Shown here piece by piece: positions 53,593 through 64,000 of a DNA stretch of 64,000 bases. The position numbers and the translations under genes were made by a program. The stretch is from Camelus dromedarius. Lineage: Eukaryota. The stretch covers positions 21,144,001 through 21,208,000 of the forward strand of contig NC_087437.1 of NCBI RefSeq assembly GCF_036321535.1, given 5' to 3'. The notes below the pieces were generated by a model. That model had not been told where the DNA came from. It saw nothing but the letters and a program-made list of their open reading frames with translations, and ran no database searches. Each line of letters opens with the position of its first letter. The stretch's first letter is position 1.

Positions 53593-54243
53593 GTAAACTG
53601 TTGTATAACAGACGTGATTAGTGAAGTCAGCATTGTCCACAGGGATTTGGAGAATACTTTGGATTAATGACAAAGCCTTGTGATTAAGTATTAGTAGTGT
53701 TTTCCTGTTTTTATTTGTATATTATGTGATTAAGTATTTTCAACACTTTCAAACCCTATGAACTCTTGATATGGAACAACCTCCAAGATACATTTTAAAG
53801 TGAAAAAGTGAAGTGGAAACAGCATACATAAAAAAAGAAGAAAAAGAATACTAATTCAAATACTTGCATAGAATATTTCAATCAGAGTATACAAGGAATG
53901 TATAGGATTCATCAACTTTAACAGAGGGAAATTGGGGGCTGGTGACAGCTATGCAAATGAGGATTTTCATTACTTAATTCTATTAGCTTTTAAATTTTGA
54001 ACCGTGTGAATAAACTACCTATTCGAAAATGAGTAAAATGAAAATTTGAAATAAAAACCACCAGTACTGATAGCCAACGCTCTGGAAAATTCTGTCCCTT
54101 TTATACATCTCTGTACCGTATCATTAATCAGTCAACAGATACTTAGTGAATACAGAGGATGTTGCCAGCTATATTAAGTCCAGCTGAAATTTTTTGAGGG
54201 AAGTCAAGCTTTATTGCTTACAATGGAATAGTAAGATCAAGAT

Positions 54244-54383
54244 TTTTTGTTTGTTTGTTTTAAGAGGGGGAAAGGTAATTAGGTTTATTTATTTATTTAT
54301 ATTTGGAGGAGGTACTGGGGATTGAACCCAGGACCTCATGCATGCTCAACATGCATTCTGCCACTGAGCTATACCCTCCCCTC
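54244..54383 (-). mobile_element. Vic-1-like SINE
   Basis: Reverse A/B boxes; TSD AAGATCAAGAT. Confidence 0.9.
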
Positions 54384-54602
54384 AAGATCAAGATATTTCA
54401 AAAGAAAAAAATAAGAAAAGCTGACCTATGAAAAGACCCTTGGCAGAGGGTGACTGTGTTATGCAGGAAGGAAACCAAGGGTTTTCGAGTCACAGACAGA
54501 CCCACATCCCAGCTCTGCTATGTACTAGTCATTTTACTTCAAGCAATTGAATTACTTTCTGTGTGTCTTCGTATCCTCATATATAAAATGGGGTTTTGTG
54601 AT

Positions 54603-55592
54603 TGTGATGGTTAATTTTATGTGTCAATTTGATGAGGCCACAACATTCAGATTTTGATCGAACATTATTCAAGATGTTTCTGTGCAGGGATTCTTCAGGT
54701 GAGACTAGCATGTAAATGAGTAGGCTTTGAGTAAAGCAGGTGATACTTCATAATGTGGTTGGGCCTTGTGCAGTCAGATGAAGGCCTTAACAGAAAAAGA
54801 CTGGGAGAAGAGGGAATTCTGCCAGCCAACCACCTTTGGACTTGAACTGTGACTCTTCCTGGATCTCCAGCTGGACAGCCTACCTAGAAGAATTTGGGTT
54901 TGCCAAACCTCCATGAACCTGTGAGCCAATTCCTTCACGTAGACCTTTCTCTTTCTCTCTCTCTCTCATATACATACACACACACTGTCAGGGAGGAAAA
55001 ATTTTCTTCCACCCTCTTAGGTTTAGGGATGGAGGCCTGAAAATTAAACCCACAAGAGACAATTAGCAAGAGAAAAGATAGATTTTTATTAATGTACACA
55101 CAAATGAGTTCACAGAAAAATGTGACTAGGAGGTGGTTAGAATTGGGGGTTTATGTCATCTTAATAGGGGAAGGGACTGGGAGAAGATCACTTACAGGAA
55201 AACAAATGACTTCTTAGAAATGGTGGGGGAAGGGCAGTTATGGGAGAACAGTTGACTTTTAGAAAAGATAAATGGCCCTTAGGAGAATAGATGAGAGATA
55301 TGATAGTTTTCTGACAATGTCTATTTAGGTGTGGTGCTGACTTCTGTCACTGGTGATAAGAGTCAATCTTTCCTGGTTCCAAAACTCCTGAAACTCCTGG
55401 GGAGAGGATTTATGAGTTCAGTTATTTTCCAAGGCTCTGCTTATCTTAAAGGCAGACAAAGGGAGTTCAAAACCGGCACCTGTTAACTCTCAAATACCTT
55501 CGGCTCAAAATAATGTTAGACCACTCTTGTACATCCTGGACCCCTTCAACATCCTTTTGCTTCTGTTTCTCTAAAGAACTCTGACTAATTCA
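54603..55592 (+). mobile_element. MLT2 (ERVL) LTR interrupted by an ERV1-type LTR
   Basis: TGTGATGGTTAATTTTATGTGTCAA start; TTCTGTTTCTCTAAAGAACTCTGACTAATTCA end. Confidence 0.85.
54986..55548 (-). mobile_element. MER34-like ERV1 solo LTR
   Basis: TG...CA, 563 bp, 4-nt TSD ACAC/ACAT; minus strand begins TGAAGGGGTCCAGGAT. Confidence 0.7.
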
Positions 55593-58500
55593 GGTGGAGT
55601 ATTTTGAGATTTAGATATAATGTATGCAAAGTTACATATAACGTTATGTTAGGAATCATTCAATAAGTAATAGCAATTATTATTAATTTGCTCTAAAGGT
55701 GATATCAGGTAGTATTTTGATTAAACTATGAGTTTGAGTGTCTTAAATTCCTTAGACTGAATTTTCAAAATCTAAAAATACATACAAATATGAAAGATAC
55801 ACCATAAAATAATATGACTGATTTTTAATATTACACCAGAACTTAGGGAGCCAAGTCACTCCAAATCTTCCAAGTAGTTGCCAGGTGTGGCCCTAGAACA
55901 GGGCTGCCTTAGCTCACAATGTTTGTGTATGGAGGCAAGCTTTTTATTTTTGACCTGATTTTTTTAAGGAGCGAAACAAAATTCATGTATAGTAACTTCC
56001 CAAGCGTGACAGATAACCAAACAAATGTGTCTTTTGAAACGAGGTGGAGTTCTACATTTATCAGATGGAAAACATGAAACTGGCTTTTCTCATGTAAATT
56101 CCAACTTTGTCGTATTAGTGTGGTCAGAATAGGCTATGTGGTGGTAACAAGCAAATCCCAAAGTCTCGGCGGCTTAAAACCAAAGGATTACTTCTCAATC
56201 CCACGAAGTCCTTTATGGATCCAGTGTTCCTCCAGCATATCTCCCTTCTGAGCAGTGACTCAGAGCTACAGGCTGCTTGCATCTTTAGGTTCCATTGAAA
56301 CTGGTGGCTTTCAGTTGCTATGGCAACACAAGAGCCTGCAGAAACCTGAAGGGCTTTGTCCAGCAATGACCCACTAAGCACATCACTTCCGACACACTTC
56401 TGTCAGACAAGATGCGTCCTCAGGCCCTGCCTAAGGGCAAGGGGCTGGCTAGTGTTACCTTCTGTCTGCCCAGGAAGGAGAGGAGAGCTTGAGATGGTGA
56501 CCACTAACCGTCCCCAACATCCTGTTCTCAAGTGCACTCGGGGAGTATCAGAGGCGGTACCAACCGTGGCCGAGGCAGTGGAAGAAGCGAATGGTCTCTT
56601 TAGACAACTTCCCTGAAGGGAACACCACCCCCTTGGTGTGTTTGAATACACATCTATCTCAGTCCTTTATAAGCACACTTTGAGTCTATAAAATGAAATA
56701 TTGACCAACTTCTTCAGGAAAATGCCACCTTAAAATACCAGATCATGGCCCGAAGCTGCTCCATCCAGCAAAACCTTTTGCTAAAGCATTTGATGTTGTG
56801 ACTGTTTTGAATAAAACTGTTTACAACATTAGAGAGAAGGCATATAAAAACCAGCTGTTCGGTGAAACAGGAAACCTTCCAACTTTTTCATTTCAACTCT
56901 TTGTATGTTTTTAAACATTCATTCAAATGAGATAACATTTGAATCATTTTGTGCGCGTCCTCCAAAGTGTAGCAAATGCCTAGACAGCATGTTACACAGC
57001 AGAGGTCAAGTGCCCCTCCCTGTTGCATTCACAAACATTTGAAATCAGTTAAAAACTATTCTCCTTCTTTAGACATCACTGAAGATGATCTCCTCCTTTG
57101 CTTTTACGAGTTTGTGAATGAATTTTGTGGAGAAAGCCAGAAGCTTTTCTGAGCATCTTATGGGATCTCCAGACAAGGTCAACTATGGTGTTTTCCAATA
57201 AAATAAAAGGCGAAGACCGCTTAAGTATTTTTCAGGGTTTATTCTGATCAGTCAACGCAGCAGAACAATGGCAAATAACCATGCAAGTCTCTGACTTAAG
57301 TGCTTCTCCAACACACAGTTTGCCAAAATCCATTGTTCTTGGCAAATCCCACACTGTGGCCCTCGTGTATGGGCAGCTGGTATCTTTTCTTCATTGACTG
57401 TTATAAGAAGACCCACTGTAATCTCTGTATGGAGTTCGGTAACACAAGAGCCCCCGTCAGTGCTCTGAAATGTGTTCAGCAAGCAGAAGTCTTCCTGCTG
57501 CTGCCGATCCAACCATTACAGAAGGTGCTGCCTTCGCCGATGGCCTCTCCTATTTGTCCAAAGTGCACTGCACGAGGGCGGGCCAAAAGAGCCCTGAACA
57601 AAAAAGCTGCCAGGGAAAAATTCAACAGTAAAATGACCTTCGTGCTATTTCTAACTACAGAACTGAGAACTAGTGCAAAAGAGCCAAGTGATCTGCATCA
57701 ACAACCACAGACATTTATTAGAAAGGGGCATAAGGCGTGGGCTCTGCCCTCCAGGGGCATCCAGGTGGGGATGTTGAAGAACATAAAGAAAACCTCTGAG
57801 TGGCCCATCGTTCCCTGTCTTCTGTGACTAGTTGCAGAAGGGCTGTGGTTGGCCATCCCTAATGGACAAGCCAAGGCCATCGGAGCCTGGTTGCTGAGAT
57901 GTTAGTTGAGAACAGTGCATCTTGATGTGAAGACTGGCCTGGCAAGTTCCCCAAGGTTACTGAACCCCCAGGCACTCTCCTTTGTCCACGTTAGATCTGC
58001 TCAAAGTGACTTTAAAGGTGCGCTCTTGGCCTCTGGTACAGGGTGTTCATGCCTGCCAGCGGTCATCAACGTGGTACAAGTTCCTTCCTCCCAGCACCCA
58101 GTCCCATTCCAACTCCTTTGTTCTCTTGAGACATACAGGCCTGGGGTTCATTCCTGATCTCCTTGGGTGGAATTTTCACTCTATCCTTGTTCTATCACAT
58201 TTAAAATCTATGTGATACCAACCCCCATTCCTTGGATCTATCTGATACTTTAAAGTGTTGCTGTGTAAATCATACCTCAGTAAATCCGACTTTAAAAAAA
58301 AATCCATCCTTGAAGCTTCAATTTATCTCAGTAACCCTCCGTCAAGGCTCTTACTCTCCAGGCTGTGAATCACACAGAAATTGGTCAGTAGGTTCTGGTA
58401 GATGGCAAGCCTACATCTTCCTTTCTTTTAATTGATGGAGACTCAGTGGGTTTGGGGAGAAAAGAGATACCCTGTAGTATCTTATGATGATGCAGCTTTC

Positions 58501-59254
58501 CATACCTGTCTTTTCAGCGGGGTTATAGTGGGGCAAGTCCAAGGAATCCTGGATGGGTCTTTCTGGATAAGGCTGGGCTTCAATCCAGAACAACCACTGG
58601 GGAATGGCTGGACATCAGACACCTTCAACTGAGTTTCTCTTTTCCATAATAACATTTGACTACAATTTTTTCCTTTGAAAAATTCACCTGTATTTTCTGG
58701 CTTTCTCAGATGCACAGCTATTTATAAAAGCAAAAGCAAGTATAAAGAGATTAAAAAATACAGTTAAAAGACAGATGGGGTTGTGGTGATGGTTAACTGT
58801 GATAAAGTAAGTGAAGAGCTTAATGTTGTGTTAGCCAGGAGTAGGCTCTGAATAAATGCTACCTATTTTCACTACTGTTATTGGCAATGTCATTATTGTG
58901 TTTAGACTCCAGTCATCTTCCTGGGCAGAGTCTGCTGCAGCAACCATCAGACGTGGTGGGGAGTCTCTGAAGGGGTTATGTGTGAGAAGTTCTCAGTTCT
59001 TTTCCTAAAAGTTTTTTTTTTTTGATAAATGGAGTGAAAATGTAAAAGGGAAGACCATGAATGTGATTAGTTTTATTAAGATTGACTCATGACAGAAATT
59101 GACTTCTTCCAAAAGAAAGACATTTCTCAGACAGACCAGCATATCTTCTCATATAAAAGAAAAAGGGGAAAAAAATCATTTGAATCTGATGCCACAAAAC
59201 TGAGCTCTTTTTTTTTTCTTTAAAAACTGGACTTAAGAGGAACCAAGAGAAGAG

Positions 59255-59805
59255 TGTGGTAGGCCACCCCTAATATGGTCCCCAAAGATCCCCATCTCCT
59301 GGCATGCATGCCCTTGAGTAACCTCTCAAGGATGGGCTGGACTTATTGACTTGCTTCTAACTAATAGAAAATGGCAGAAGTAATGAGATGTCATTTCCAA
59401 GATTAGGTAATAAAAATACTGTCTTCTGTCTTGAGCTCACATTCTCTCTCTCTGTCTCTCTCACTAAGACCATTTGTCCTGAGGAAAGATTGTTAACAAT
59501 GGTATACAGCAACCCTATGAAGAGGCTCACATGGTGAGGGATGGAAGCTTGCCAATAATCATGAGTGAGCTTGAAAGCAGATTCCCCCACCGCTGACCTC
59601 CCCTCACCCAGTTGAACCTTTAGATGAGACCACAGCCCCTACCAATAGCTTTACTGTGACGTCACTAGATTCCCTGATGCAGAGGCACCCAGTTAAGCCA
59701 AGTCTAGATTCTTGCCCCACAGAAACTGTGAGATAGTCAATGTTTGTTGCTTTAAGCCACTAAATGTTGGGCCAATCTGTTACACAGCAATAGATAACTA
59801 ATACA
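59255..59805 (+). mobile_element. MLT1F-like MaLR solo LTR
   Basis: TGTGGTAGGC...CCCACAGAAACTGTGAGATA...GTTACACAGCAATAGATAACTAATACA. Confidence 0.88.
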
Positions 59806-60481
59806 AGAGGTTACACAATTGGAAACACACATTTTCCCCCCTTATTTTAAGTCAAATACTAGAAAAATTTCTAGCATAGGGAAGGAGGGTTTGGTAACAA
59901 ATAACCATAGTCTTGAGCACTGAAGGTATGCTCATTCATGCTGCTAAATATTATGAATGAATTTTCTAAAGGACTTTAAAGATTATTGTGGCCGTTGGGA
60001 GAGGTAGGTGGGGCTCCTAGAAATTATGTCATATGAAGAGTGAGGAGATACAACTGCTATCTTTTAAAATGTGAGTGGTGGTCAGATGAGAAGAGACATG
60101 CTTAACTTGCTTTGTGTGACCCTGAAGGACAGAGCAAGAGGCAGTGACTGGAAGTTGCAGGCAAATATATGCTGGCCCTATTGAATTTTGCTGGTGTTTC
60201 CATGAAACACCAAGAATAAAATTCATGTCAACTGCTTGGCTATTCAAAAATTACATCTGCAGGTGAAGGCTGTCTGCAAGCAATGAAAATGCTACTGTCT
60301 GTGAATGGTCGAATTGTGGGTGATTTTTAAAGTTATTTTTCTAAATTATTTTTTCACTTATATCGTCTTTGCAATTAAAAATGAAACATAGGAAAAGAGT
60401 GCCACACACTTTGTGTTGCTAGAACATCTCCTGTTTTGGTTTATTACTGTGTCTTAGGCTGACCATCCCCTCTCTTCCCAG

Positions 60482-60818
60482 AGAAAAGTCTGATGATCCC
60501 AGGAAACACCATTTCTTCAAAACCATCAACTTTCCTCGCCTGGAAGCTGGCCTCATTGAACCTCCATTTGTGCCAGACCCTTCAGTGGTTTATGCCAAAG
60601 ACATCGGTGAAATTGAAGATTTCTCTGAGGTTCGAGGAGTTGAATTCGATGACAAAGATAAGCAGTTCTTCCAAAGATTTGCAACAGGCGCCGTTCCCAT
60701 TGCGTGGCAGGAAGAGATTATAGAAACAGGACTGTTTGAAGAATTGAACGACCCCAACAGGCCCGCAGGTTGTGGGGAGGGTAATTCATCCAAGTCTGGT
60801 GTATGTTTGTTATTGTAA
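60482..60818 (+). CDS. GRK7: GRK7 coding exon 4
   Basis: cccag|AGAAAAG; encodes EKSDDPRKHHFFKTINFPRLEAGLIEPPFVPDPSVVYAKD...DFSEVRG...SKSGVCLLL*; CaaX CLLL (geranylgeranylation type); total CDS 1662 nt = 553 aa. Confidence 0.97.
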
Positions 60819-60977
60819 GTTGTTCTCTCCACCAGACAGGCAGTAGGAGTCTCGGCTGACATGTGTAATCCTTGAATCCTAACCCACAAAAATTTGTTGA
60901 CTGAGGACCGATCAATCAGGAGGGGCATTTCAACCAGAGAACAGCTCAAAGGACAGGCAAGCTCAATAGTAGGATGT

Positions 60978-61142
60978 GTTTTCTTTCCTTCCTTCCTCCT
61001 TCCTTCTTCTCTCTCTCCTTTTTTTTTTTCTCTTCCTTTTCCCCTTCCTTCCTTCCTTCCTTCCTTTTCTTTCCTTCTTTCCTCTCTTTCCTGCCTTCCT
61101 TCCCTTGTTCCTCTCTCTCTCTCTTTCTTTCTTTCTTCCTTC
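60978..61142 (+). repeat. CT-rich low-complexity tract ((TTCC)n-like) in the GRK7 3'UTR
   Basis: Read directly from the sequence. Confidence 0.9.
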
Positions 61143-61422
61143 ATAAAGAAGAGTAAAGTCTCAGTTTTCACTGAAAGCTAGGAAAAGGAATGCTCAGATT
61201 TATTTTGATAAACTAAAAGCATGAGCCCTCACCATTGTGTTCCTGAAAATTACGCAAAGTCCTAGGAACAGAGAATGGAACTTTGTGGTGTACTCAGAAA
61301 ATGAGCATTTGCAATTCTTAGTAAATAATCATTTTAGTTTTTCTCTGTTTATATCTTTTATTCCCTTCATCTTTCACTATGTCTTCTGCTTCTGTACTTA
61401 TAAAAAGGATTTTGAAGCTGGA

Positions 61423-61428
61423 AATAAA
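61423..61428 (+). terminator. Candidate GRK7 polyadenylation signal
   Basis: First AATAAA I found after the stop codon; ATTAAA alternatives at ~61574 and ~61609. Confidence 0.4.
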
Positions 61429-61680
61429 TATTCCTGATATTCTACCCCCCCCCCCCAAAAAGGAGTGGATTGTAATATTTTGGCAATATTTCAGATTACA
61501 AATTAATTTTTAATTTACTGAAAGTCTCTTTTTCATATTTTTGAAATATTCTACCATTATAATGTTGCAGCATATTAAACAGCGTGTAAACAGACATGAG
61601 GTCTGTGGATTAAAGTATTCTGTATGTTGAGTCCTTTAAATAACATTCTACAAACTGCTTAGCCATGTAATTCCATATGC

Positions 61681-61848
61681 CATTGGTTCCCAAACTTTGA
61701 TGAACTTTGGAATCACCTAGGGATCTTTCAAAATACTAATGTGTGACTCCCACCCCCAGACTTTAATTGGTCTGGGATAGAACCTGGGCACTTAGATTTT
61801 CAAAACTCCCTAGGTGGTTCCAACGTGCAGCAAAGTTTGGGAACCATG
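61681..61848. mobile_element. MER5A/MER5A1 hAT MITE
   Basis: TIR TGGTTCCCAAACTTTG...CAAAGTTTGGGAACCA; GAATCACCT core. Confidence 0.85.
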
Positions 61849-63613
61849 ACCATGTAGATGTAAATGTTATTACACATGGGACCTTGTTTGGTTGCTCAAA
61901 ACTCCAGTCATACATTTTGATAGCAACTTTTCAAATATCCTAAAAATGTAATTTTGGCAATTGTAGTGCCAATGAAACTGAAGATAATCTGTATTCATCT
62001 TGTAGATTTCCTTGTCTTTGCACACTTTAGTTCCTCACACCTATCTTGGGAAGTAGTATTCTTGGCTATTTCAAGAAATATGATTTGAACAAACAGTGGC
62101 CCTCATTTCAGGTGGCTGCCCAGCCAGCACCTTATTGTAGGGTTAGCACTTCTCAAAAGCACAGCCAAAGTGAGAATTTTAAGGCTGACGAGAGAGAGAG
62201 AGAGATGACACAAATATAAATCTAGGGTGATTATATATATGTATTTTAAAAAGATACATGTGTACGTAAGGAAATCTCACTTGTCCCAATGGTGAGAAAC
62301 CTGGCTGAACTTACTCAAAAAGTTTTAATCCTTGACAAGAGTTACAAAAACACTGGCCAAAAAATAAATAAATAAAATAAAGTTGGTCAGCTGGGATCCA
62401 GCTACCAACAATCCTCAGCTATAAGACAGCGTCACCCGTATCTGAAACAAGGCGTAAGACACTCCGTTGGAGTTGAGTCCTGGGTTAGTGCACATGCCAC
62501 TCACCCCCCTGCTCCTCCTCCATCCTCAGTGAGCTCGGGGTGCTCCAAACCCCACCCTGGAAATAAATATTGCAGAGTCCTGAGTCACCAAAGCAGAATT
62601 CAGGTGTGTCTAGCAGGTTCTTTTTCCTAAGGCAAGAAAATAGCTCAAAAATTGATAAAATTTCTGAGTCTATTTAACAAAAAAAGAATCAACAGTTAAC
62701 AGAAATCCAATTAACCAGAGTATTCCAAGAGTAGAGGCCTCAGGATTTAACTTTATAAACATTAGACATTTAAAAAGTGACGTTTTCTTTCTTGCATTGG
62801 TTCTTTCATGAGAATGCCAACTACCTTTGATAAATTTTAAATATACAAATTTCTGTTTTCATGTTTTAGAAGTAACTCAGGAAAACAATTGAATAAGAAA
62901 ATTTTATTCAAACAGTCACCAAGTATGTATGTGTTGAGCTCTAACTATACATTGAGCCCTATACTGAGTGGTGTTGAGGACACAATAGAGAAACAAGACA
63001 ACCATCTGTGAAAGTCCCTGTGGCGTAGTGTAGAATGCAGACTCCTGTGGGTGTAATTATTCACATTTTAAAAGAGGAAACTGATGCTCAGAGATGCTTT
63101 TATAGCTTGCCCAAGGTCACACAGCTTTGCAGGGTTGTTGTGAAGACCAGAAATAGTGTATAGGAAGCAAATAGTGCGTGACTAGGCAAAATAAATTGAA
63201 GACTATGGTAAGTAAGTGGCAGCAGGTCAAATGACTCTAGGTCGAAGGACAAACTATTAAGAGTTGAACCCAGTCACCTTCATTAAAACTTTCAGAGGAA
63301 GTGAGAGAAGCAAGACAGCTGGTTCCTGGGGAGTGGTTGAGAAGGAAATTTTTTATGCAGAGCAAAAGAAAAATCGAATTGGAATAAGTGGAGACATGGG
63401 GGCCCATCCCAGGCCTCTTTCTCATCCTATGCCAGGTCGGGATCCACCTGAGCCAAGTCAGAGGGAAAGAGATTCATCTCTATCAGGGCAGGGCAGGTGA
63501 GGTTCAGACTTCAGCGCGGAGATTAAATATTGGAAATGGAGAGAAATAAGCCAATGCAGAAGGATCTGTGCAGGTTGTGGTCGGATTCGAGACCTAAATA
63601 AGACGCAAACTTG

Positions 63614-63765
63614 AGGGAGGGTACAGCTCAGTGATAGAGCACACACTTAGCACGCATGAGGTCCTGGGTTCAATACCAGGTACCTCCACTTAAAAAATGG
63701 GGGGAAGATATAGCTCAGTGGTAGAGCGGTCCTGTGTTCAAACCCCATAACTCCATTAAAAAAAA
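63614..63765 (+). mobile_element. Dimeric Vic-1-like SINE
   Basis: Two head-to-tail tRNA-like monomers; degenerate flanking repeat AAGA(C/T)GCAA. Confidence 0.85.
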
Positions 63766-64000
63766 AAGATGCAACCAGATATTTCATCAAAGGAAAGAAG
63801 TGATTTTTGTAAAGAGATGATGCTTACTGATTTTTAGAAAGTTAAAATGAGATTATGTTTTTAGAGAAAAATTCTATAAACATAATAAAAACATCAGGGG
63901 AAACCAAGACATGTATGAGTGAAGTATTTAGACAAAGAAGAACCAGGGAGAAGTCATTTTCACTCTTCTAGCTTGTTAGGGATTATTTGAAATATTTGTT

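Noticed and set aside
57300..57827. 175-aa intronic ORF in unique sequence
   Set aside because: GTG start, no recognisable homology, no retrocopy hallmarks (poly-A or TSD); BLASTP/PhyloCSF would settle it

Overview
Mammalian genomic DNA, very probably camelid (alpaca/llama/camel). It carries about a dozen tRNA-Ala-derived SINEs of the Vic-1 type, and I recognised no Alu, B1/B2, Bov-tA or PRE-1. Two intact + strand genes lie in the conserved order RNF7 then GRK7. RNF7 (SAG/RBX2) has 3 coding exons (1309-1483, 5004-5051, 6682-6800; 113 aa) and a CpG-island promoter. GRK7 (cone opsin kinase) has 4 coding exons (26884-27495, 28988-29425, 53318-53592, 60482-60818; 553 aa, ending in the CaaX motif CLLL). 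The rest is intronic or intergenic DNA rich in L1, L2, MIR, LTR and DNA-transposon relics, often nested and with readable target-site duplications (TSDs). Repeat family names come from remembered consensus sequences and need RepeatMasker confirmation. I found no CRISPR array, operon or clearly new protein-coding system. The best leads are non-coding: a ~430-bp concentric degenerate palindrome in GRK7 intron 2, a SINE that has captured a Tigger-like fragment, a dual acceptor/donor site at GRK7 exon 2, a candidate RNF7 poison exon, a 15-nt triplication just upstream of the GRK7 ATG, and an intronic CpG-rich element with nuclear-receptor DR0 motifs.
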